In this document: one piece after another, positions 10,534 to 19,208 of the stretch | How the letters are laid out: each line of letters begins with the position of its first letter | Numbering within the stretch: the stretch's first letter is position 1 | From: Candidatus Omnitrophota bacterium | GTDB taxonomy: Bacteria > Omnitrophota > Gorgyraeia > Aquiviventales > Aquiviventaceae | Length of the DNA stretch: 39,350 nucleotides | Assembly: GCA_016206565.1 (NCBI GenBank) | Contig: JACQRG010000061.1 | Span: forward strand, 1 to 39,350 | Direction: 5' to 3' | Program-made: the position numbers and the translations under genes | The notes under the pieces: generated by a model | Database searches by the model: none | What the model saw: the letters and a program-made list of their open reading frames with translations, nothing else | Told to the model about the DNA's origin: nothing

Positions 10534-12327
10534 ATGGAACGCGAGCAGCTGCGCAACTTCTGCATCGTGGCGCACATTGACCACGGCAAATCCACCCTCG
10601 CCGACCGCCTCCTGCAGCTGACCGGGGCGGTGGACGCGCGCAAGTTCCGCGACCAGGTCCTCGACGACATGGAGCTGGAGCGCGAGCGCGGCATCACCAT
10701 CAAGGCCACGGCGGTGCGGCTGCCGTACACCGCCGCCGACGGCCGCGCCTACGTCCTGAACCTCATTGACACGCCGGGCCACGTGGATTTCTCCTTCGAG
10801 GTGACGAAGAGCCTGCAGGCCTGCGAGGGCACCCTGCTCGTCGTGGACGCGACGCAGGGGGTCGAGGCGCAGACCGTCGCCAACTACCAGCTGGCCAAGG
10901 ACCGCGGCCTGGCCGTCCTGCCGGTCATCAACAAGGTGGACCTGCCCAACGCCCAGCCGCAGCGCGTGGCCCAGGAGATCGCGCGGCTGCTGGGGCAGGA
11001 GGGCCCGTGCATCAGCGAGGTCAGCGCCAAGGAGGGGCGCGGCGTGCCCGCGCTGCTGGAGCGCATCGTGCGCGAGATCCCGCCTCCGCGCGGGGACGCC
11101 GCCGGGCCGCTGGCCGGGCTCATCTTCGACTCGGTCTACGATCCCTACAAGGGCGTGATGGTCTTCATCCGGATCGTCGAGGGCACCGTCCGGCCCGGCC
11201 TGCCGGTGGTGCTGATGTCCTGCGGCGCGCGCTTCGTGGTGCAGGAGCTGGGCGTCTTCACCCCGCGGCCCGAGGTGGTGGCACAGCTGCAGGCCGGCGA
11301 GGTCGGGTATTTCACCGCGAACATCCGCGACCCGCATGACGTCACGGCCGGCGACACGGTGACCGAGGCCGCCCGCCCGGCGCCCAAGCCCTTGCCGGGC
11401 TTCACCCGCCTGAAGCCCATGGTCTTCGCCGCCATCTTCCCGGCGCGGACCCAGGATTTGACCGCGCTGCGCGCCGCGATGGAAAAATTCGCCCTCACCG
11501 ATGCCGCGTTCCAGTTCGAGCCGGAGCAGTCCGACGCGCTGGGGCAGGGCTTCCGGTGCGGCTTTTTGGGGCTGCTGCACATGGAAATCGTGCAGGAGCG
11601 GCTCGAGCGGGAATACGACGTCTCGCTGGTCCTGACGACGCCCAGCGTCGTCTTCCAGGTGACCACGCACGCCGGCAAGACGCTCGAGGTGCACCGGCCG
11701 CACGACCTGCCCGAGCTCTCCACCATCCGCAGCGTGGCCGAGCCCTTCGTCCGGGCGGTGATCCTCTGCCCGGCCGAGAGCGTGGGGGCGCTCATGGACC
11801 TGGCGGTGCAGAAGCGCGGCGTGTACCGCTCCACGGAGTACCTGAGCGAAACCCGCGTCAAGCTCGTCTTCGAGCTGCCGTTGGGCGAGATCCTGGTGGA
11901 CTTCTACGACCGGCTCAAGTCGCTGACGCGCGGCTACGGCTCCTTCGATTACGAGTTCCTCGGCTACCGCGAGGCGCAGCTCGTGCGCCTGGACATCCTG
12001 CTCAACGGGCGCATCTGCGAGCCGCTCTCCTCGATCGTCTCGAAGGCGCACGCCTACGAGAAGGGCAAGATGCTGGTCGAGCACCTCAAGACGCTCATCC
12101 CCCGCCAGCTCTTCGAGGTGGTCATCCAGGCGGCGGTCGGCCGGCACGTCATCGCGCGCGAGAGCGTCCGGCCCTTGGCCAAGAACGTCACCGGCAAGTG
12201 CTATGGCGGCGACATCACCCGCAAGCGCAAGCTCTGGGAGCGCCAGCGGGAAGGGAAGAAGCGCATGAAGCAGTTCGGCAACGTCGAGATCCCCCAGGAG
12301 GCGTTCCTGGCGGTGCTCAAGATCTGA
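10534..12327 (+). CDS. lepA: Elongation factor 4
   Basis: IRNFCIVAHIDHGKSTLADRLL, DTPGHVDF, NKVDL and the LepA-specific C-terminal domain (...YGGDITRKRKLWERQREGKKRMK..G.V.IPQEAF). Confidence 0.97.
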   Translation: MEREQLRNFCIVAHIDHGKSTLADRLLQLTGAVDARKFRDQVLDDMELERERGITIKATAVRLPYTAADGRAYVLNLIDTPGHVDFSFEVTKSLQACEGTLLVVDATQGVEAQTVANYQLAKDRGLAVLPVINKVDLPNAQPQRVAQEIARLLGQEGPCISEVSAKEGRGVPALLERIVREIPPPRGDAAGPLAGLIFDSVYDPYKGVMVFIRIVEGTVRPGLPVVLMSCGARFVVQELGVFTPRPEVVAQLQAGEVGYFTANIRDPHDVTAGDTVTEAARPAPKPLPGFTRLKPMVFAAIFPARTQDLTALRAAMEKFALTDAAFQFEPEQSDALGQGFRCGFLGLLHMEIVQERLEREYDVSLVLTTPSVVFQVTTHAGKTLEVHRPHDLPELSTIRSVAEPFVRAVILCPAESVGALMDLAVQKRGVYRSTEYLSETRVKLVFELPLGEILVDFYDRLKSLTRGYGSFDYEFLGYREAQLVRLDILLNGRICEPLSSIVSKAHAYEKGKMLVEHLKTLIPRQLFEVVIQAAVGRHVIARESVRPLAKNVTGKCYGGDITRKRKLWERQREGKKRMKQFGNVEIPQEAFLAVLKI

Positions 12328-12887
12328 TGCCCGCCGCCCCGCCGCCCGCTCGTCCCGCGCGCCCGGCCTGGCGGGAGCACCTGGAGTCGTTCCTCTGGGC
12401 CGGCATCCTGGCGCTGGCGATTCGGACCTTCATCATGGCGCCGTTCAAGATCCCGTCCGGCTCCATGCGGCCCACCCTCCTCGAGGGCGATCGGATTTTG
12501 GTGAACAAGTTCCTCTACCGCTTCCGCCCGCCCGCGCGGGGGGACATCATCGTCTTCCGCTACCCGCTGGACCCCAAGCGGCCGTTCATCAAGCGCCTGG
12601 CCGCCGCCGGGGGGCAGCGGGTGCGCATCCATGACGGCAAGATCCTGGTGGACGGCCAGCCGGCCGACGAGGCCGCGGTCTTCCGCGAGAACCACTACTT
12701 CAACCAGGGACCGTACGGCCAGGATGGGGAGCCGCTGCAGGTGCCCCCGGAGAGCCTCTACGTGCTGGGGGATAACTCCGCCTCCTCCCATGACAGCCGG
12801 TTCTGGGGCTTCGTGCCCCGGCGCCAGCTCATCGGCAAGGCCATGTGCATCTTCTGGCCCCCCCACCGCATCCGGGTCCTGAAGTAG
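12327..12887 (+). CDS. lepB: Signal peptidase I
   Basis: TGATG overlap with lepA. Catalytic Ser box IPSGSMRPTL, Lys box IKRLAA and box E GDNSASSHDSRFWGFV. Confidence 0.9.
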   Translation: MPAAPPPARPARPAWREHLESFLWAGILALAIRTFIMAPFKIPSGSMRPTLLEGDRILVNKFLYRFRPPARGDIIVFRYPLDPKRPFIKRLAAAGGQRVRIHDGKILVDGQPADEAAVFRENHYFNQGPYGQDGEPLQVPPESLYVLGDNSASSHDSRFWGFVPRRQLIGKAMCIFWPPHRIRVLK

Positions 12888-12892
12888 GGGAA

Positions 12893-12921
12893 TTGCGCCG
12901 GCCCGGGCTTCGTGCTAGACT
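12893..12921 (+). promoter_or_regulatory. Sigma70-type promoter: TTGCGC - 17 nt - (TGc)TAGACT
   Basis: It lies in the only sizeable intergenic gap after lepB and has an extended -10 (TGcTAGACT). A strong SD (GGAGGGGG) precedes ATG 12989. Confidence 0.5.
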
Positions 12922-12988
12922 AGACATGCACGTCCCTCAGTGAAACCGCAGTCGTCAACAGCATGCAGACAGCAGGAGGGGGTTACAG

Positions 12989-13366
12989 ATGAAGCAGATG
13001 AGTGTCATGTTGGTCATCGCCGGCCTGGCCATGGCCGGCTGCGAGGCCGTCGGCACGGCGGCGCAGAAGAAGTCCGTGCAGGGCGGGTTGCTCGGCTCAG
13101 CGCTGGGCGCCGGGGCCGGGGCGATCATCGGCAACCAGACCGGCCGCGCCGGCGAAGGGGCGGCCATTGGTGCTGGGCTCGGCGCGCTGGGCGGGGCGCT
13201 GGTCGGCAACGCCATGGAAGAGCAGGCGCAGGCGGCACAGTCGCAGGCCACCCCGGTGGCGACCGGCAAGACCAAGTTCTGCCCGGTCGGCGGGGAGCTC
13301 TACGGCGAGGACATGAAGTACTGCCCGAACCACGGCGTGGAGCTGCGCTATAAAGACCAGCCTTGA
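12989..13366 (+). CDS. Small lipoprotein with a glycine-zipper domain and a C-terminal degenerate zinc-ribbon-like motif
   Basis: Lipobox LAMAGC. Glycine zipper GGLLGSALGAGAGAIIGNQTGRAGEGAAIGAGLGALGGALVG. The C-terminus is FCPVGGELYGEDMKYCPNHG. It has its own promoter and SD. Confidence 0.7.
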   Translation: MKQMSVMLVIAGLAMAGCEAVGTAAQKKSVQGGLLGSALGAGAGAIIGNQTGRAGEGAAIGAGLGALGGALVGNAMEEQAQAAQSQATPVATGKTKFCPVGGELYGEDMKYCPNHGVELRYKDQP

Positions 13367-13369
13367 TCC

Positions 13370-13912
13370 TTGAGCCTCGCCAACCAGATCTCCATCTTCC
13401 GGCTGCTGCTTGCCCCGGCCATCGTCGCCTGCCTGCTCTACTACAGCCCGCAGCGCGATGACCTGCGCTTTCTCGCCCTGGGCCTCTTCGTCGTGGGGAT
13501 GGCCTCGGACGCGCTCGACGGGTTCTTCGCCCGCGTGAAGCGCCAGCAGACCGAGCTGGGCACGCTGCTGGACCCGATCGCGGATAAGGCGCTCATCCTG
13601 GGCACCTTGATTAGCTGCTCCACCATCCAGGGGCTGCCGGCCTGGATGCGCGTGCCGGCGTGGTTCAACCTCCTCGTGATCAGCCGGGACGTGCTCCTGG
13701 TGGCCGGCAGCGTCGTCCTCTTCGCCATGCAGGGCCGCTGGCACGTGCGCCCCAGCCCGCTGGGCAAAGGCACGACCGTCGCCCAGATGCTCGTCATCCC
13801 GACGGTCCTGCTGGGGCTGCCGGTGAAGGAGCCGCTCATCCTGCTCGCAGCGGCGCTGACCGCGCTCTCCGCCGCGTCTTACATCCGGATGGGTGTCAAG
13901 GCCCTCGGCTGA
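13370..13912 (+). CDS. pgsA: CDP-alcohol phosphatidyltransferase (likely phosphatidylglycerophosphate synthase)
   Basis: TTG start. The CDP-alcohol motif is DALDGFFARVKRQQTELGTLLDPIADK, and the protein is multi-TM. Confidence 0.85.
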   Translation: MSLANQISIFRLLLAPAIVACLLYYSPQRDDLRFLALGLFVVGMASDALDGFFARVKRQQTELGTLLDPIADKALILGTLISCSTIQGLPAWMRVPAWFNLLVISRDVLLVAGSVVLFAMQGRWHVRPSPLGKGTTVAQMLVIPTVLLGLPVKEPLILLAAALTALSAASYIRMGVKALG

Positions 13913-13930
13913 TCGCCGCGCGGCATCGCC

Positions 13931-15241
13931 ATGGCGCTGCCCCTCCTTGCCATCGTCGGCCGGCCCAACGTCGGCAAATCCACCCTGTTTAACCGCCTGC
14001 TCGGCCGCCGGATCGCCGTGGTGGCACCCCAGCGGGGGACCACGCGGGACCGCGTCTACGGGCGGCTGCAGTGGCGGGGCAAGGACTTCCGGATGGTGGA
14101 CATGGGCGGCATGGAGTTCGGCCGCCAGGAGGGCCTGGCCGCGGCGATCCAGCGCCACGTGGGGCGCGCCTTGGCGGAGGCCGATGAGGTCCTGTTTCTG
14201 TGCGACGCGCAGGAGGGGGTCGTGCCGGTGGACGAGATGATCGCCGAGCGCCTGCGCACGACCGGCAAGCCGGTCCTGCTGGTCGTCAACAAGGCGGACC
14301 GGGGGCCGGCCGTGCCGCCGGAGTTTTACCGCCTCGGTTTCACGCCCATCATGGCGGTGTCCGCCCTGCACGGGCTGGGGACCGGCGACCTGCTGGACCG
14401 CGTGGTGCAGCGGCTGCCGGCGCGCCCCGGGGCGGCGGACGCTGAGGCGGCCTACGTCGTCGCCATCCTGGGCCGGCCCAACGTCGGCAAATCCTCGCTG
14501 CTCAATGCGCTGCTCAAGGAGGAGCGCATGATCGTCAGCGAGGCGCCGGGCACCACCCGGGACGCCGTGGAGACGCGGCTGCAGGTCAACGCAGAAGCGG
14601 TCGCCCTCGTGGACACGGCGGGGCTGAAGCACAAGCGCAAGGTCAAGAGCCCGGTGGAAGTCTTCTCCATGGCGCGCAGCGTGGAAGCCCTGCGCCGCTG
14701 CGACGTCGCGCTGGTGGTGCTGGACGCCGCGCAATCCATCGCGCGCGACGACCGCCGCCTCATCGCGAAGGTGTGCGAGACCGGTAAGCCGCTGATGCTG
14801 CTGGCCAACAAATGGGACCTGGTGCGCAGCGGCAGCGAAGTGCGCCTGAAGGCCGCGACCGCGCGGCAGGTGCCGATGGCCGCGTTCGCGCCGGTCCTCG
14901 CCGTCTCGGCTAAGACCGGGTTCCAGGTGGGCCGCATCCTGCCGGCGGCGCGCCGCATGGCGCAAGCCATGCGGCGGGGGCTCTCGCCGCAGGAGTGCCT
15001 TGCCCTCGTGCAGCCGGCCTGGCAGACCGCGCATCCGGTGCCCCGTCTTCGGGGCCGGGCCATGCGCCTGACCGGGGCGCGCTGGCTGGCCGGCCCGCCG
15101 CCGCGCATCGAGCTGGCCATCGCGCCGCGCGGTCCGCTGCCGCGCACGCTGCTGCAGTACCTCACCGGCCGCTGCCACGCCAGCATCAAGCTGGCCGGCA
15201 TTCCGGTGCGCGTCATCACCGCCGGAGCCCCGCAGGGCTGA
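13931..15241 (+). CDS. der: Ribosome-associated GTPase Der/EngA (tandem G domains + KH-like domain)
   Basis: There are two P-loops, GRPNVGKSTLFN and GRPNVGKSSLLN, each followed by TTRD, DTAG/DMGG and NK.D motifs. Confidence 0.95.
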   Translation: MALPLLAIVGRPNVGKSTLFNRLLGRRIAVVAPQRGTTRDRVYGRLQWRGKDFRMVDMGGMEFGRQEGLAAAIQRHVGRALAEADEVLFLCDAQEGVVPVDEMIAERLRTTGKPVLLVVNKADRGPAVPPEFYRLGFTPIMAVSALHGLGTGDLLDRVVQRLPARPGAADAEAAYVVAILGRPNVGKSSLLNALLKEERMIVSEAPGTTRDAVETRLQVNAEAVALVDTAGLKHKRKVKSPVEVFSMARSVEALRRCDVALVVLDAAQSIARDDRRLIAKVCETGKPLMLLANKWDLVRSGSEVRLKAATARQVPMAAFAPVLAVSAKTGFQVGRILPAARRMAQAMRRGLSPQECLALVQPAWQTAHPVPRLRGRAMRLTGARWLAGPPPRIELAIAPRGPLPRTLLQYLTGRCHASIKLAGIPVRVITAGAPQG

Positions 15242-15870
15242 TGAGCGAGCTGGCCTTGGCCCTGCTGGCGGCCTACCTGATCGGCTCGGTCCCCACCGGG
15301 TTCCTGCTGGTGCGCTGGCGATCCGGCGTTGACGTGCGCACGGTGGGCAGCGGCAATATCGGCGCAACAAACGTCGCGCGCGCCGCCGGCAAAGGCATCG
15401 GGCTGCTCGTCCTGCTCTTGGACCTCGGCAAGGGGCTGCTGGCGGTGCGGCTGGTCGCGCCCTGGCTTGTCCCGCAGCTCGCCCTCACCGGCCAGCTGGC
15501 CTGCGGGCTCTGGGCCGTGCTGGGGCATAGCGTTCCGGTGTGGCTGAGGTTCCGAGGCGGGAAGGGCGTGGCTACCACGATCGGCGTGCTGCTCGGTGCC
15601 ATGCCGCTGGTCGCGGCCCTCTGTCTTGGCGTGTGGCTGGCCTGCTTCGTCATCTGGCGCTATGTCTCCGTCGCGTCCCTGGCCGCCGCCCTCACGCTAC
15701 CGCTGGCCCAGCTGGCACTCAGCCAGCAGCCCATCCAGGTCCTGCTGGGGTCCTGCCTGACCCTGCTGATCTGGGCGCGTCACCGCGCCAATCTCGAGCG
15801 GCTCCTCCAGGGCACCGAGCACCGCATGCGTTTCGGCGCGCCGTCGAGCAGCCGCCACAGCCCGTCTTGA
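15241..15870 (+). CDS. plsY: Glycerol-3-phosphate acyltransferase PlsY
   Basis: TGATG overlap with der. AYLIGSVPTG, GSGNIGATNV and GGKGVAT motifs, and the protein is multi-TM. Confidence 0.92.
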   Translation: MSELALALLAAYLIGSVPTGFLLVRWRSGVDVRTVGSGNIGATNVARAAGKGIGLLVLLLDLGKGLLAVRLVAPWLVPQLALTGQLACGLWAVLGHSVPVWLRFRGGKGVATTIGVLLGAMPLVAALCLGVWLACFVIWRYVSVASLAAALTLPLAQLALSQQPIQVLLGSCLTLLIWARHRANLERLLQGTEHRMRFGAPSSSRHSPS

Positions 15871-15895
15871 CCTCGGCGCCTTCTTCGCGTACAAT
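15867..15895 (+). promoter_or_regulatory. Sigma70-type promoter: TTGACC - 17 nt - TACAAT, ending 10 nt before the ATG
   Basis: The -35 overlaps the plsY stop codon. The -10 is at 15890-15895 and the ATG at 15906, which implies a 3-4 nt leader. Confidence 0.55.
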
Positions 15896-15905
15896 ACCTG
15901 CGCTC

Positions 15906-16493
15906 ATGCATCCGCAGGCATCAGCGGGCCAGCTGGAGTTTTTTGATTTGGCGAACGCTCCGACGCGGCGGCCCCCTCGCTACCACAGCATCGGGTCGCT
16001 GGCGCTGCGGTTGCGCCATGACCAGCTCATCGTGGCGGCCATCGGCGGGCTCATCAGCCTCACCGTCGTGTTTGCGGCCGGGGTCGAGCGCGGCAAGGCC
16101 CTCGTGCGCTCCGAGCAGCACGCGCTGGTCGTGAAAGAGCGGCAGGCTCTCCCACCGCCTGCGCCGGCTGCTGCGCCCGGCAAGACGCAAGCGCCGTCGC
16201 AGCCGCCCAGCCAGCCGGCCTCGGCACCCGCGTTGCAGAAGGCGAAGGCTGCGCCGGCCAAGCTGGCGGCGACGTCGTCAAGCTTTGCGGTCCAGGTGCT
16301 GACGGCCAAGCAGCTGCCGCGGGCCAAGGCGGAGTTGAGCCGCCTGCAGTCGCGCGGCGAGAAAGCCTTCCTCGTGATGCGCGAGGGCCAGACCCGCGTG
16401 TTCGTCGGGCCGTTCCCGTCCAAGGCGAACGCGCTGGAAAAGGTGACGCAGTTGAAACCGCGATATGAGGATTGCTTTGTGAGGACCCTGTAG
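15906..16493 (+). CDS. SPOR-domain (septal peptidoglycan-binding) membrane protein
   Basis: One TM segment (LIVAAIGGLISLTVVFAAGV), a Pro/Ala/Gln-rich linker, and a C-terminal SPOR-like fold (FAVQVLTAKQLPRAKAELSRLQSRGEKAFLV..G...VFVGPFPSKANA). Confidence 0.75.
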   Translation: MHPQASAGQLEFFDLANAPTRRPPRYHSIGSLALRLRHDQLIVAAIGGLISLTVVFAAGVERGKALVRSEQHALVVKERQALPPPAPAAAPGKTQAPSQPPSQPASAPALQKAKAAPAKLAATSSSFAVQVLTAKQLPRAKAELSRLQSRGEKAFLVMREGQTRVFVGPFPSKANALEKVTQLKPRYEDCFVRTL

Positions 16494-16496
16494 CCC

Positions 16497-16811
16497 ATGT
16501 CCGTCCATACGTCCTTGCGTTCCAGCGGAGCCACCGATACCGCGCGCAGCGTGCTCAAGCGCCATGAGCGGGTGCGCCGCCTCATGGAGCAGGGCAAGTG
16601 GCAAGCGGGCGATTCGGTCCTGGGCCTGCCAAAGCTCAAGCAGATCAAGGTGAGGATCCGCAAGGCGGCGGCGGCCAAGGAAAAGACCGAGGGCACGGCT
16701 GAAGCGGCGGCGACCGAGGGTGCTGCGCCGGCCGCCGGGGCGGGGACTGCGAGCGCCAAGCCGTCCGCCGCCAAGCCAGCCGCCACGAAGTCGGCGGGCA
16801 AGCCCGCCTAG
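16497..16811 (+). CDS. Small basic protein (PVC-type small-basic-protein-like core) with an Ala/Lys/Pro-rich tail
   Basis: The core HTSLRSSG...RSVLKRHERVRRLMEQGKWQAGDSVLGLPKLK resembles, from memory, the TIGR04137-type small basic protein. The last ~50 aa are low-complexity (AAAAKEKTEG...AKPSAAKPAATKSAGKPA). Confidence 0.6.
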   Translation: MSVHTSLRSSGATDTARSVLKRHERVRRLMEQGKWQAGDSVLGLPKLKQIKVRIRKAAAAKEKTEGTAEAAATEGAAPAAGAGTASAKPSAAKPAATKSAGKPA

Positions 16812-16819
16812 TTCCCACG

Positions 16820-17539
16820 TTGATTCCTTCCCAGCCTTCCTCGACTCGCGTCGCTCGGGCGGTGTCCGTGGCGCGGATGCAGCGCATTGACGCCCGCGTG
16901 ATCCAGACATACGGGATTCCGCGCCTGCTCTTGATGGAGCACGCCGGCCTCGCGCTGGCGCGGCATGCGCAGCAGCTCTACCAGACGCGCCTGGGCGCGC
17001 CCCGCCGCCACCACCCCATCGTCATCTGCTGCGGGGCCGGCTACAACGGCGGGGACGGGATGGCGGCCGCGCGGCACCTGCTCGCGCGGGGGTTTGCCGT
17101 GCGCGTGCTGCTGGCGGCTCGCGCGGCTCGGCTTCGGGAAGAGCCGGCGGTGTATGCGGCGATCCTCTCGCGCCTCGGCGCACGTCCCCAGGAAGCACCC
17201 GCCGCCGGCGCGTCGGCGTGGGCGCTGAAGCGCCTGCGCCCGGCAGGGGTCGTCATTGATGCGCTCTTGGGCATCGGGATGCGGGGGACCGTGCGCGAGC
17301 CGGTAGTCAGCCTGATTGCCGCGATGAATCGCAGCGGCCGGCCCATCGTGGCGGCGGATGTGCCGTCCGGGCTGGACGGCGACACCGGTCTGCCGCAGGG
17401 TCACGCCGTGCGCGCCGCCCTGACCGTGACGTTCGGCGCGGCGAAGCGCGGGTGCCTGGCGGCCCGGGCGCGCCCCTACGTGGGGCGGCTGGTCGTCGAG
17501 CCGATTACGATTCCCGCGCAGGCGATGGAGCGAGCGTGA
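16820..17539 (+). CDS. nnrE: NAD(P)H-hydrate epimerase (YjeF N-terminal domain only)
   Basis: MQRIDARVIQTYGIP...LMEHAG and CGAGYNGGDG..AARHL. The TTG start at 16820 is uncertain (an internal ATG at 16877 is possible). Confidence 0.8.
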   Translation: MIPSQPSSTRVARAVSVARMQRIDARVIQTYGIPRLLLMEHAGLALARHAQQLYQTRLGAPRRHHPIVICCGAGYNGGDGMAAARHLLARGFAVRVLLAARAARLREEPAVYAAILSRLGARPQEAPAAGASAWALKRLRPAGVVIDALLGIGMRGTVREPVVSLIAAMNRSGRPIVAADVPSGLDGDTGLPQGHAVRAALTVTFGAAKRGCLAARARPYVGRLVVEPITIPAQAMERA

Positions 17540-18624
17540 TGAAGACGATCCGGGTGGCCTTGGGCGAGCGGTCCTATCCTATCGCCGTCCGGTCGTCGTA
17601 CCGCCAGCTGCCCCAGCTCCTCGACTCGCTGCGGCTGCCCCGGCATGGGTGCGTGGTGTCGCATGAGCGCCTCCTGCGCCGCCATGGCCGCGGGCTGCTG
17701 GCCGTGCTGCGGCGCGCCGGATGGCGGCTGGACGTCGTGACGGTGCCGGAGACCGAGGCCAGCAAATCCTGGGCCATGGCCCGGCAGCTCATCAGCCGCC
17801 TGGCCGCCACGGGCGCGATGCGCCCGCCGGTGCTCTTCGCCTTCGGCGGCGGGGTGGTGGGGGACCTGACCGGGTTCGTGGCGGCCATCTACCGGCGCGG
17901 CGTGCCATACGTGCAGCTGCCGACGACGCTGCTAGCCCAAGTGGATTCCGCCATCGGCGGCAAGGCCGCCATTGACCTGCCGCAAGCCAAGAATTTCGTC
18001 GGCGCCTTCCACCAGCCGCGCCTGGTCTACAGCAACATCGGCCTCCTGCGCACGCTGCCGCTGCGCCAGCGCCGCTCGGGCCTGGGCGAGGTCATCAAGT
18101 ACGGGGCGATGGCGGACCCGGCCCTCTTCGCGTTCCTCGAGCAGCACCTGGCGGCCTGCCTGGCGATGGAGCCGCGCGCCGCGCGGGTCATGGTCGAGCG
18201 CTCCTCGGCGATCAAGGCCCGCATCGTCTCGCAGGACGAGCGCGATGCGCGCGGCATCCGCGCGCAGCTGAATTTCGGCCACACGCTGGGCCATGCGCTG
18301 GAGGCCGCGGGCCGGTACCGCCGCTGGACGCACGGCGAGGCCATCGCGATCGGGATGTGCGCGGCCGCGCAGCTCTCGGTGGAGCTGGGCCGCTGCCCGC
18401 GGGGGCAGATGCAGCGGCTGGTCGCGCTGCTGCAGGCGGCCGGCTTGCCGACGCGCGCGCGCGGCGTCTCCCGCGCGGCGGTGCGGCGCGCGCTGGCCTA
18501 TGACAAGAAAAACCTCCGGGGACGGCCGCGGTGGGTGCTGCTGCGGCGCCTTGGCCGCGTCGTGGTGAGTGAAGCGATTCCGCCGACGACGCTGCAGCGC
18601 GTCGTCAGCGCCTATCTCAGTTAG
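17539..18624 (+). CDS. aroB: 3-dehydroquinate synthase
   Basis: TGATG overlap. GGGVVGDLTGFVAA.Y.RG, QLPTTLLAQVDSAIGGK, FGHTLGHALE and HGEAIAIGM. Confidence 0.92.
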   Translation: MKTIRVALGERSYPIAVRSSYRQLPQLLDSLRLPRHGCVVSHERLLRRHGRGLLAVLRRAGWRLDVVTVPETEASKSWAMARQLISRLAATGAMRPPVLFAFGGGVVGDLTGFVAAIYRRGVPYVQLPTTLLAQVDSAIGGKAAIDLPQAKNFVGAFHQPRLVYSNIGLLRTLPLRQRRSGLGEVIKYGAMADPALFAFLEQHLAACLAMEPRAARVMVERSSAIKARIVSQDERDARGIRAQLNFGHTLGHALEAAGRYRRWTHGEAIAIGMCAAAQLSVELGRCPRGQMQRLVALLQAAGLPTRARGVSRAAVRRALAYDKKNLRGRPRWVLLRRLGRVVVSEAIPPTTLQRVVSAYLS

Positions 18625-19190
18625 CGGGGAATATCCAGGACGGTGTCGGTGCCGTCCGCCTGCCGCAACCGCACGGTCGTCCGGCCGACCTCTGCGACCG
18701 TCGCCTGCCCGATGCGATCGCCTGCGCGCACAATCTCGTTGTTGATCACGGCGTACGCCTCGCTGCTGCCGCCGTCAATGATGCCGCTTAGCGCGAAGCT
18801 GGGGGCGGCGGCAAGCACCGCAGCGGCCGGTGCCTGGATGACCGGGGACGGCTGCGGCCGTGGGGCCGGCTCCGGCGCTGGCGCAGCGGCACGCGCGACC
18901 TGCGGGGCTGCCGGCACCACCGCCTGACGGGGTGCGGGCGGGCGCTGGGACCATTTGATCCCCCCAAAGAACAAGATGGCGGTCAAGCCCAGCACCGCGA
19001 CCGCCAGCATGCCCAGCGGCATCGGCGCCGAGGCCTCTCCGGGGCGGACAGCGCCAGGGGCGGCGGTCGGCCAGGAGTGCGCGATGGCGGGCGGCGGCTC
19101 CGGCGCCTTGGGCGGGGCGTGCACGGTCGGCGGGGGCGGGGCGACACTGGGGTCCTGGACTCGACGCAACGCCTCTTCGATGATGCTCAT
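18621..19190 (-). CDS. GspB/ExeB-like bitopic membrane protein (Pro-rich, C-terminal T2SSB-like beta domain)
   Basis: One TM segment (LGMLAVAVLGLTAILFFGGI), Pro/Ala-rich linkers and the C-terminus LSGIIDGGSSEAYAVINNEIVRAGDRIGQATVAEVGRTTVRL. It lies immediately downstream of an ExeA-like ATPase. Confidence 0.6.
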   Translation of the reverse strand: MSIIEEALRRVQDPSVAPPPPTVHAPPKAPEPPPAIAHSWPTAAPGAVRPGEASAPMPLGMLAVAVLGLTAILFFGGIKWSQRPPAPRQAVVPAAPQVARAAAPAPEPAPRPQPSPVIQAPAAAVLAAAPSFALSGIIDGGSSEAYAVINNEIVRAGDRIGQATVAEVGRTTVRLRQADGTDTVLDIPR

Positions 19191-19208
19191 CGCGATGCCT
19201 CCCTCGTC

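Noticed and set aside
10207-12147. 646-aa ORF on the minus strand
   Set aside because: It lies exactly antisense to lepA, whose identity is unambiguous. The translation is Arg/Gly/Ala/Pro-rich low complexity, typical of spurious open frames in high-GC DNA. No motifs were recognised.
13097-15370. 757-aa ORF on the minus strand
   Set aside because: It is antisense to pgsA, der and plsY. The composition is Arg/Ala/Gly/Pro-biased with no recognisable domain, so it is a high-GC artefact.
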